Source: Eledone cirrhosa (Eukaryota). Taken from it: a stretch of DNA of 64,000 nt. Made by a program: the position numbers and the translations under genes. The stretch covers positions 346,394,001 through 346,458,000 of the forward strand of contig OZ024740.1 of the NCBI GenBank assembly GCA_964016885.1, in the 5' to 3' direction. Under the pieces are notes generated by a model that saw only the letters and a list, made by a program, of their open reading frames with translations, was not told the origin of the DNA and ran no database searches. Shown piece after piece: positions 16,951-29,276 of this stretch (its first letter is position 1; every line of letters starts with the position of its first letter).

Positions 16951-17454
16951 TTCCTCTCTGTCTCTCTCCCTATATCATATAATCTCCTTCTCTCTAATGC
17001 ATAACTCTATATTTCTATGTTGCTTCACCCTCCCTTTAGAATCATATCTCGGCAACTTCTCTGTTGTCCGTCCTTTTTCTCATTGAAAGCAGTCGAAATT
17101 GAATTTGCTTCTTAAACTGAAAATCGCTTAGAAGAGGTAATAGTCATTTTTACCACAACTTTCTCTTTATATTCTCTACTGCCGCTAGCACCATCATTAT
17201 CCCCACCACCACCACCACCACTGTTAAAAACACCAGCAGCAGCAGCAGCACCACAAACACACTGCTACCACCACCTCCATCAAAAACATCACAACCATCA
17301 ATATCATCATTTCCATCACATCCACAATGACTGTTATCATTATCATCTTCTGATTTAATTTAATCTAAAGTAGATTATCAGGGACACTACCACAATTTTA
17401 ATCCATTTTAAGCCGTTGTATATTCCCAATTATTACATTGTGACATATATACAA

Positions 17455-17714
<260 letters not shown>

Positions 17715-17790
17715 GTCAGCGAACCCACAACTCATAAATATAAAGTTATTGTAATAATGTTTACTATAATTTTACTAATTGTAAGATAAT

Positions 17791-17979
17791 TGTTTCTACT
17801 TTGGGCACAAGGCCAGCAATTACCACAGTGTATTACTAGTACTTTATTTTATCGACCCTGTAAGGATGAAAGGCAAAGTTAACCTCGGCCGTAACTCTTT
17901 GCTGCAAAGCATGGCGTCCGACCCTCTACCGATACTGCCAATCCACCGCCCCTAGATAATATTAATATTATCCACCGCC
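17791..17979 (-). mobile_element. tRNA-derived SINE, copy 2, with 11-bp TSD
   Basis: Homologous to 11261-11427 with the B box region lost. TGTAAGATAAT is repeated at 17780-17790 and 17980-17990, and the head sequence TCCACCGCC is duplicated. Confidence 0.85.
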
Positions 17980-18506
17980 TGTAAGATAATATTAATAACT
18001 TCGATCTATAATAATCACATTATAAACTAAAGTTGAATGTAGGAAAGGATTATGTGGTGTTCATGGGTAGACGAAATTACATGAGTGCAACGGGTAGAGA
18101 TGTGCAATTGAAAAGAGAGTACTTCTGAGGTATTCACAACACACACACACACTCAGACACACACATACACACACACACATATATATATCCCATTGCAGAT
18201 ACACATACATATATGCACGTATCAGTTTAGCGGACGCTTATTATAACGCCGCTTTGTTCGTTTGTAAATAAACTGAACAGCCTGAATTTTTGCCATACGG
18301 TGTTAAGGCAACCACGTCACCTTTTTGTTCAACACTGACACAGGAACGATGTACTAGTTTCAAGCTTGTTAGCTATCATCAGCACCGTATACCCTTCTGC
18401 CAGATAGTTGAACGTCCGAAAGTATATACTTTCCTTATGAAAATAACGGCTGAGCAGCCTAATTTGCATATCGAGTGAGTTAAATCGGTCAGGCATACCG
18501 AAAATG

Positions 18507-18736
18507 ATAAGTTGAAATAAAATGAAAACGAAATTTTATTTCTCACTCTTAGTACGGCACTTACTTAAATGTAAGTATGTATGTATACGTACATACATAT
18601 ATGTATACAGACGTATGCATGCTACTGTACGTCTGTATACATATATGTATGTACGTATACATACATACTTACATTTAAGTAAGTGCCGTACTAAGAGTTA
18701 GAAATGAAATTTCGTTTTCATTTTATTTCAACTTAT
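18507..18736. repeat. Near-perfect palindrome: ~109-bp arms, 12-nt loop
   Basis: 18507-18615 is the reverse complement of 18628-18736, with 2 mismatches seen. Confidence 0.95.
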
Positions 18737-18819
18737 ATATATATATATATATATAAATATATATATATATATCTGTGTGTGTGTGTGTTGGTATAATATA
18801 TACATATATTATATATATG

Positions 18820-18853
<34 letters not shown>

Positions 18854-18878
18854 CATACATATATACATATATATATAC

Positions 18879-18927
<49 letters not shown>

Positions 18928-19379
18928 CATGTATGTATATATATATAACCACATAAATACAGATATATTCATATGCCGGAACTCTACCCGGGTAAGATAC
19001 CCCACTCGCTCGGTGTAGAGGTAAAGCAGCCCACCGGCAAATGACAGTCGTGAGTATGTTTCTTTTTTTTTTGTCATCTCTATGCATTTTATATGACCAA
19101 ATTCATCGACTATTTTATAGTGAAATCTGGTTTTAACAGTTTATTTTAATCTAAAATATTTTCAAAATTCAAAATCGATCAATGTTTCGCAAAGCGACTG
19201 TTTCTTTCTTTCCATCTCCTTGTTTAAAGAAAGGACTGAATCATTAAGCTAGTGTATCTTTTGTTAAGTGAGTTGTTTATTTTATTCAGACGTTTTGTTT
19301 TTATATTAGTAGTATTTTATTATAAATTGTTTTAGTTTTTTTTTTATAGATCTTTATCGTTGAGGCTTATCATTCGAGT

Positions 19380-19670
19380 AGGGTAATATGTGCTTGAACT
19401 AATTCTATGTAGGTGGAATATGTATTACGTATCGGAGTGGTGGTTCTGCAGATATATAAACGTGGCCTAATGATAGAAAGCTGCCGTCTGGTGGACCGAT
19501 TCACCAAACACCTGAAGGACATACTACTGCAAAATTACATCCCTGTCGTTTGTTACTTCCCTACTCGACTCAAGCTATTCAACGCCTCATTGGTCAAGGT
19601 CTCGCACCAGGACCGAGCAGAATTTAAATTTTGCATTGGACGTACTCAGTTTCTACCCTACAGTTTCTAG
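19380..19670 (+). mobile_element. Penelope-like GIY-YIG endonuclease relic
   Basis: CRLVDRFTKHLKDI..PVVCYF resembles the GIY-YIG R-L-x-x-R-F-x-E-H-L..PVAxHF segment; decayed. Confidence 0.55.
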
Positions 19671-20896
19671 AACCTCACTTTGTCCTTGCTCTCATATACT
19701 AATACATGGGCACCCCCTCCACACAATTTTATCCACCACACAATGAACATTCATATTTACAACACTCCATATAGCATCAAACACTTAAATACACCTGCAC
19801 ACATACAACCCTCAAATTCATATTTACACATATGAATGTCCACCTTATCGGACACATCGTTACCATTACACACATATGCAGCTTTCCATACACACAACCT
19901 GCATTCACACATACGGCTACATCATAAACCCATACAACTGCGTCATAGGTCATTATAACACAATCTTCACTCCCACTACACTTCTAGGTGCATGCACGCG
20001 TACGTGCGTAAAGTCACACACCACCGACATACACGTCTCATGCTCTCGCACGAGGGGGTACGTGTGCTGCTTTCACTTGCGCGCGTGCCTGTGATCAGAT
20101 GGCGCTGAGTGCCACAGCTAGTTGCCGTTGGTTTGAATGTTAGGAAACATCCAACACGCACATCGCTTCCACCCATAAATCCTCCCTGCTTTATCCACCT
20201 GCTTGTACGTAGTGACTCCACACTTCGTAGTTCAGCTGTTTACGGTTGTATCATCGTATCGCCGTGCCAGAATCTAAGAAATTTCTCTTACTGTCACACC
20301 ACAAAATAAAATACATAAAGCAATGTTCATTTTCGCTGCTGCCTTCTTTTCTATACTAAGCTTTGCGTCTGATTCTACGTATGTGTGCATGTATACGCAG
20401 AATTTCTTATACATATCCATACTCCACTTATCGCTGTTCAGTTTACGCGCGTTTGCTCACTCACACCTCGACATCTCACAGCTGCCAGTCCCGTCACAGT
20501 TCAATGCCCATCCTTCAATCAATTGCACAAACAAATGAACCCATTTACACATGCACATGCGCTAACACACATTCATGCAACAGACGCAAAGACATGTCCG
20601 AACAAAATATACAATAATTACCCTATTTTCTAAACCTATCTAATACATGAACACCCATTTCCCATCATTTCTCGAAAACGGTTGTGTAAAAGAATTGTCA
20701 CGTGATTTATCTAAAATTATACTTTCTGTTTCTTCCTCTTCTCGCTCTCTATCTTTCTATTTCACCTTCTATTTTCCATTCAAACTACTCTACTTATGAA
20801 GGACTTGTATCCGATATGTTATTATATTTTTCCTACTATATAAAGCGTTAAAAGAATATATTTCTACATTGTACTGTGACATGTGGTTTTCTCTAT

Positions 20897-20952
<56 letters not shown>

Positions 20953-21307
20953 TGTATGTATAGTATATTTGGCAATACACCGTATGTTTAATTAAAAACA
21001 TTTAGAAGACCATACGTTATCAGTTTTACTATTTCAGTTAGTTATTTTCGGCGAAAAAGGGATAGAAGCTGACAGTCTGTATCACGCTGGTTGGCGTTCA
21101 TCACGTACTCTCCTGCTTTTGCCGAAAATTATAGAAGCTGGATTCTTATAGAATTCCTGTAATAATCAGGAGCTGATATATATATACATATTTTGAGCCA
21201 ACTTATGCAGCTTCATATGCAAATGAGACTAATTACCTCATTTACACAGACGAGAAAACCATATACTCTTGCCTGTTTTCAAGTCCAGCAGTCGCAAGTG
21301 TGAGAGG

Positions 21308-21353
21308 GATCGTCCTGATGAGGACCAGCTATGTTCGAAATTCATCGATGATT
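21308..21353 (+). ncRNA. Minimal type I hammerhead ribozyme candidate (Penelope/retrozyme type)
   Basis: GATCGTC-CTGATGA-GGAC(CAGCTAT)GTTC-GAAA-TTCA-TC-GATGATT: complete core, 7-bp stem I, 4-bp stem II, vestigial stem III; predicted cleavage after C21346. Confidence 0.65.
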
Positions 21354-21567
21354 GTTCCCCTTGCTTCTGGTAGACACCACCTGAGGGTGATAGCCCGGGT
21401 GTTTTACGTAGCTACGGTTTTCTAAATCGTTATCAATAAACAGTATTTCATTAGAAATACGAAATTTCAATACATATCTATATCTATCTACGTATCTATC
21501 TATCTATTTCTATATGTATATCTCTCTCTCTATATATATAGATATATAGATATATAATTATATATCT

Positions 21568-21652
<85 letters not shown>

Positions 21653-22183
21653 TATATATATATATTTATATATATATATATATATACACATGTAATCATG
21701 TTTCCCATTGATTATTCAAGGGGAAGCAGATATTTACATAATATCTACGTATTTATGATTTTTTTATCATTTATTTATACACATTCTACTTTTGTATTTG
21801 CATTTAAAAGGTCAAATTAATATATTTTTGCCTTTGTATCACACCACGTATTAAGAAAATATTGAGGCTGTTTTACCTTTCTTGAAAATATATTATCTTC
21901 AATTTCAACCTTAAATATGAAATAACATAACAAAAATATTTACATCTGCGAAGCAATGAAGTTTTCAATAAAGTCTTTGATAAGTTGGAATTCGTTAGTT
22001 TACAGCTTTCCTATATCGAGAAAAAATGTCTAATTCTCTTTGTAATATAGTTTTCATTTTAGATATATACATATATTATTTTTTTCAGCGATGCTGAGAC
22101 AATTTGTTGGAGAGGGTATACTCTATAGAACCTGTCTCTGTAAGACTCTGTTATTCAGATGTGGAATTTCAATTTGATTATTA

Positions 22184-22666
<483 letters not shown>

Positions 22667-22743
22667 CTTAAACCTAAGCAGGTGAAATATATATTAACGT
22701 ATCACCTCCTTGCTTGTTGGCAATCATATATATATATATACAT

Positions 22744-22795
<52 letters not shown>

Positions 22796-23052
22796 TGCGC
22801 GTGTGTGTGTGTTTAAGTATACGTCCATATTTATGTGTACGTGTAATGTAAGGATAATTATGTATCTGATAGCTATTCTCATAAACATAATATGAATATG
22901 AGAGATTACTTACCTTCGTAAATGACGAAAAGTCTTTTTTGAGTTGACTCAATGCTTAACACCTGGCGCCCAAACAGCAAACCTCACCTCATTATTCCTC
23001 TATCGACTGTTCATTATAAATTCAGATTTGTATTATTATTATTATTATTATT

Positions 23053-23347
23053 CTTTGAGTCTCAGTCATTGATGTTAGTTAACTGGAAAGTTTGTTGATA
23101 TGAATATCAAGCCACTACCTGCAACCTCAAATATTCAGGACGTATCGGAGGGTTCTTTCTATTCCCAGCAAGCATGCCTTTTGAAGTGTTCCAAAAAGCG
23201 GGGCAGGGCCAGTTTTCTGTAACCAACCCTGGAAACTCCTTGAGATAGTACCTGGTGCGCCTATGACAATCGGGACCACTTTGACCTCATGACAGTTCCA
23301 AATCCTTTTTACCCCCCCCCCTTTAAGTCCTGGTATCGGTTAAATTT
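23053..23347 (-). mobile_element. Dong/R4 family A, severely 5'-truncated 3' end (A0)
   Basis: Matches the 3' ends at 29277, 39089 and 57340; (TAT)n on both sides. Confidence 0.92.
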
Positions 23348-23872
23348 TATTATAATCATTATTATTATTATAATTATTAATATTATTATTGTCGACCTAC
23401 GTAGTAAATCGTATCATCGTGAGCTCCGCAATGGTTTGTTATTTTCAGTTATTTAAAATTGCCATTTATGGAAAATTTTTATTGTTAAATATATATAAGT
23501 GCACATACATTGATTTCTGAAAATGACACTCAAAAATATTGGGGCCTTGAGCCCAAAATTTAAACTTTTTATAATTATCAAACAAAAAATGTTTTCTTTG
23601 AAAAATAATGGATGACTCAGATTCACTCCTTCCTCACAATCCAACACCACACACCGACACCACCATTGTAAATATTGCTACGTTTGCCAACACTGGAATT
23701 GTAAGCAGTAGCTATATTTTAAATTTGTCTCAGGCAGACGTTCATTTCCCGCCATTACCAATGCCGCCACCACCACCACCGCGACAACCACCACGCCCAC
23801 CACCACACAGCGACAACAGAAACAAAAGAAAAAAATAAATTAACTCATGATATCGAAATTAATTCAACCAAA

Positions 23873-25548
23873 ATGAACTCTTCCACACCGAACACCACTG
23901 ACGCCACTACCACCACAACTGAAACTAAAATTAACAATAACAAAAATAACGATAATAACAACAGCAACGATGAAATTAAGAAAACTACCCTGAGTTTTGA
24001 CAGAGTAGTAAAAACGTGCGAAGCAATCCAGGTAACTCAGGAAGAATTAGACGAAGCCAAAGGAATGGTAAAGAAAGATGGGTACAGGGTCAGCCTCATC
24101 GCACCCCCACCCCACCTAATAAAATGGAGCAACGCCGCCTATGCACCGTGTCTTATCGGACAATAAACATAAAATCGCGCCGAGTGGAACGGGCATCTGA
24201 GTACCAAATCCAAAAATCTTTGGGACATGTGTAGGCAAAAAAAACCCACATCAGACGTAGGCAGAAGTATGGAACCGTGGACGTGTTCTTTGAAACACCA
24301 CAGGAGGCCAGAGAACACTCCATGGCCCCATTAAGAAGTGACGACTTCACACTCATCCCAAGCTATCGTGGCCAGAGACTTGTGAAGATCAGGGTGACCC
24401 ACGTTCCACCGGCCATTGAAATTCCCGGGCTAATGGCTGCCGTCCTCGCCGGCATCGAGGCCAACACCAAAATAATAGAAATAGCAAAAGAAAAGCAGGA
24501 GAACTGGTCCGGATCGGGCATGGAGCTCCTGATCCAAGCGGACCACAAAAACATTGAGGAGATCCCAGAGGTAATAGACCTCACTGACGGCAGCCACCTC
24601 ACCGTAATTGTCGAGGGCAGAAGGCCTAGGTGTGTCGTTTGTGGCGAAGGAACCCACCTAAGAGCTTTCTGCCCTCAGGCTAAAAGGTTGAGGCCACCTC
24701 TCTTACCCACCTCAGTGACTCAACCATCAACACCACCAGCAGCAGAAACAGGAGCAACAACTGTAGCAGCAACAACAGAAGCAACTGTAAAAGCAACAGC
24801 CCCAGCAACAGTAACAAAACCAACACCACCACCACCCAACGCCCCAGAACTAGCGCCAGCGCCTACACCAACCACCACGCCACAAACAAAACTAACGCCT
24901 GTGGAGGATTTTCCACTCCCCGGCTTATCGCAACTGGAAACAGATTGTGACGACGAGGAGTGGGAACGGTATCAGGAAAAAAGAAAAAAAAAAGAAACCA
25001 AAAAAGAAAAAATTCTCTTCCTTCCCCCTCAAAAACCAAAATACAGAGGGAAACAAATAAATTATCGCACAAGAAAGTTAACAGATATGCCACCATCCAC
25101 ACCAGCATCACCAACCCCATCACCACAAAAACCAACGCCATCACCATCATTAACCCCAACACCACCATCACCAACACCACAAAAGTCACCAAAAAGCGTA
25201 ACAGAAACAAACACACATCAAACGCAAACAAAACAAAACAACCAAAACGATACACACTACACAGCATTAAATTTGAACAACAACCAATTATTACACTACA
25301 TGCAACACAACACCAGCATCACAGAAAAAGACTAGACAACAACCCAAAAGTTCACACCACATTCACACATACAAATCACTCGTATCACACAGAAAACGTA
25401 CACGACACTGAAACAAAAATTCCCCAAAGACATCGGAGACTTCCGACAAACACTCTCCAGGAGGATTTATAAGGACATCCTTCCGGAGAAGGCCACAAGC
25501 AGTGAATAGGATGGAAAAACCGTCCTTCCTCTACGAGAAGTAAGGTAA
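23873..25548 (+). pseudogene. Tx1-1 ORF1 (gag-like, CCHC zinc knuckle), disrupted
   Basis: RPRCVVCGEGTHLRAFC (CX2CX4HX4C) and a Pro/Thr/Lys-rich tail; stops and frameshifts. Confidence 0.88.
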
Positions 25549-25582
25549 GTGGTCTTTCCCATCTTTTCCACTCCATTTCAAC

Positions 25583-28500
25583 TTGACCTCACTCAGAATA
25601 GGCAGCATAAATGCGCGTGGCTTGGCGTCGTCATGGAAGCAGGGCCACCTGCTCAACGACCTCTGGTCACTAAACATAGATGTAGTGGCCATCAGCGAGA
25701 CCAGAATCTCCGAAGCACGGGTCTTCGCACCGATCTTCGGCGACTACGATGTGTACGCATCTCCCAGCGGTCCGGGATCAGGGGAAGGAGTTGCTGTGCT
25801 TTTTCGGAGAGGTTTGGATCTTGCCATACGGGCCATCTTCCTGGACCCAGAAGGTAAGTTGGTGGTGCTAGACGTAACCAGCGGAGACGGGCAAGCTTTC
25901 AGGCTAGTGGCCGTCTATGCCCCGACAGGAGCAGGGCGGCCTGATTTCTTCCGGCGTCTGGAGAGCTTTCTTGGAACCTCCCGCTCTTTAGTGTCAGTGG
26001 GCGACTGGAACGGGATCTTAGATGCACGCTGGCACTATGTGGGATTAGCGTATAGGGGAGGAGGGTGCAAGAGCCTCACCAACCTGCTCAGACGTTTTGA
26101 ATTGTCTGACAGGTACCGATTGGATTTCCCAAATGTGCCAATGTGGACTTGGACAAATCGCATAGGGTCATCCAGATCATATTTAGATAGAGTATTTTGT
26201 AGAGAAATAGATAGGTCTAGCATAGGCTGTCCACAATTCAAGATAGTCAGCTACACGGACCACAAACTCGTGATTTGTGTACTTCACTTAGATAGGCTTC
26301 ATAGACGAGGACTCGGCTACTGGAAGCTAAACGCGTCCTTACCAGCGCGCAAGGTCTACAGAGACCGGATTAGCGAACTAGTTAAGCGGGCGTTGACGGG
26401 GGCCATCGTCAACAACAAGTGGTGGTTTGCTCTGAAAAGAGCAATTAGAATAGAGTCCATTAGGTTTAGTAAGGCTTTAGCAATAGAGAAAAATAGAGCT
26501 GAGGGAGAATTAGTTAGAAAATTAGACGAGGCCCTTAGCAAAGGCATCGCGACCGATGTACTTGCGGCGAAATTGGCCCTTGACCAATTCTTCAATGCGT
26601 TGTCAGAGCTAGGGTGCGTGCTCTCAGACAGGAAGGTACGAAAGCCGTTCAATGGGCCCGAGTGGCTGAAGCGCATCGTGCCAACAAAGCCACGATCCGG
26701 TCTTTGGTGGGCCACGACGGGCGCATGCTACTCGATCCCGGGCAAATGTGTGAAGCTTTTCAGCGACACTTCGTTCAGTCGTTCGGGGGCAGCGGCGGGC
26801 CGGATGGAGGGATGGACTTTAGTGTCTACCTCGACGGACTGCCGCGGCTCTCGGCCACTGAGGCTGAGTGTTGCGAAAAGGCGATAACAATCGCTGAAGT
26901 ACGGGAGGCAATGACTAGCTGCACAAGGGGTAAATCGCCTGGTTTGGATGTTCTGCCCTATGAACTTTACGAACAGATGCCAGACGTGTTCGGAGGCCTC
27001 TTGGCGGACGTCTACTGCAACTCGCAACAGAACGGGAGAATTCCCAGCTCTGTGAGCCAAGGAGCTGTGGCGATGCTGAGAAAGGATCCGAACAAGGGGG
27101 ATAACATAGATAATTTTAGGCCCATAACTCTGCTAAACACAGAGTTCAAGATTTTGGCCAAGGTGCTAGCAAAGAGGTTGGCGCTTGTCGTTGGTGGTCT
27201 GGTGGGAGAGGCGCAGACATGCGCCATTCCAAACAGATCCATCCACGACAACCTCCACCTCATGCGATACATCATAGAGAGGGTAGCTAGGGAATCTGGC
27301 ACGGGTGGGACAATTATCAATTTTGATCAGTCGAAAGCTTTCGATGGGGTCGACCATTGTTACCTAGTGGCAGTCCTGAGGGGGGCTGGCTTTGGGCCCG
27401 TCTTCAGAGGCTGGATCGCTGCCATGCACAGCGACATCTGCTTTGGGGTGAGAGTGAACGGTCATCTTTCGGAACCGTTCAACATCATGCGCTCGGTCCG
27501 CCAAGGATGTCCCCTCTCGCCCCGCTTGTACGTATTGACGCTCGAGCTATTACTGCAAAAACTGGAGATGTTGAGGGGGGTCCCGCGCGAACTAGGATGC
27601 GGAAGATCCGTGTCAGCATATGCAGACGATGTCACAGTAGTGGTGTCGAACGCCAAACACATCGAGGCGATGGGCAGTACACTAAGAGAATACGAAGTGG
27701 TGACAGGAGCAATGATCAACCAGGAAATGTCAGTCGGCCTGCAGCTCGGCACCTGGAGAGGCAGGTCCATGCCGTCCAACAGTGTCGTCGGACGCTGGAC
27801 GGACGGACCGGTTAAATTGCTAGGGGTCTGGTTCGGTCAGGACCTCCAGACGGACAAAAACTGGGACGAGGTGACGAGCAGGGTGGCTTCTCTCACCCAG
27901 AAATGGGCCGAGAAGAAGCTATCCATGAAAGGTCGAGCGGAGGTGGCTAACGCGAATATCGCATCCGTCATCTACTACCGCCTGACCGTCGTACCTTGTC
28001 CTAAACCCCGCCTGACTGCGCTGGAGCGTTTGCTCTTTCGCTTTTTGTGGAAGGGACGCGCTCCGATGGTCAGGCGGTCCATCTGCTGTCAACACCCGCT
28101 ACGTGGAGGGCTGGGCATGCCGTGGCTGATGATGCGCAGACACGCGCTCAAGCTACGACATCTTCACCTCTTCCTCGACGGTGATCAGATGTGGTCTCCG
28201 TTTACTAGACACGTCTCTCCCCAGCTCGTCTCCTTGACGGAGCTGCAGTCCTGGGTCAAGCGAAGACGGAGAGCGAGCGTTTGGAGACTGGAATGTCTTC
28301 AGGCGCTCACAGCCCTCGACCAATCGGGCAATGTGATCGGTGGAAACTCCACCTTGGCGTTCTATAGAGGATTAGTGGAGGGGAAGAGCGACGACGTACT
28401 TGGGGAAACCCTAGGCGTCGACGAAAATCAACTAGCCAATAGCTTTGTAAGAACTTTCGGGACAGGGCCTATGGACAACTTCCCGAAATCCCTGGCCTGG

Positions 28501-28986
28501 CAGTGCTACCGAGGAGCTTTGCCAGTTCGGGATAAACTCTACAGGCATGGAGGTGCCGTCAACCGGGCATGTGCGAGATGCGCGCAGGGCGACGAAACCG
28601 TCCTGCACGCACTCGTCCAGTGTCCGAGCATTGCTGACTTGTGGGTTTATGTGGAACACCTGCTGTCGCGTGTGGGACGGATCCAGCTATCAGCTGAGTC
28701 CATCGTGAGGATTGCCCCGCCCTCTTCCTTTAGCCGGGAAGGGTAGGCAGTTTTTATCTGTCTGGTGGCCATGGCGAAAGAGATATTATGTTGGACACGT
28801 TTGAAAGGGCTGAAGACGAGCACTTACCTCTTCGGTAATGCCCTGATTGACTTTTTCAAATTTCATTTGAAAAGGAAAATCAGGGTAGAAAGGGAAGTGC
28901 TCTCTTCCCTGCATTTTGTTGAAAGATGGGTGAGAGAGGCAAGAATGGCCCGAGTGAATGGGCCTACTCCGAGTACGTGTCTGTAA
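25583..28986 (+). pseudogene. Tx1-1 ORF2: APE endonuclease, RT, C-terminal zinc finger
   Basis: INARGL, ISET, VYAP, GDWN, YLDR, TDH; QGCPLSP, YADD; CARC..HALVQC. Start is TTG where other copies have ATG. A 16-bp deletion causes a frameshift near 26598, and there is a TAG at 28744. Confidence 0.95.
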
Positions 28987-29276
28987 ATTAAACGTGGAAA
29001 GCTGGGAGAGGGCACTTGCCCTGGTGGTCAGGGTCACTGTGGCTTTTTAATGGGCTTTCTCCCCAAATATTCCTTGGAAGTCTCCCCCTATTGGGAAATT
29101 GTTTCATTGTTCTATTATTACATACTCTGTTACATTTTTTTACACGCAGAAATGTCCATTTGTACCGCCCTGTATTGTTCTGTACTGTCCTTAATGTCTA
29201 CCTTATGTAAACCCTTGTGGTTAATAAAGAAATCATTATTATAATTATTATTATAATTATAATTATTATTATTGTT

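Larger units (their letters stand above)
23391..29234 (+). mobile_element. Tx1/L1-clade LINE copy 1, full length
   Basis: 5'UTR, ORF1, ORF2, AATAAA at 29223 and (ATT)n tail. Confidence 0.95.
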
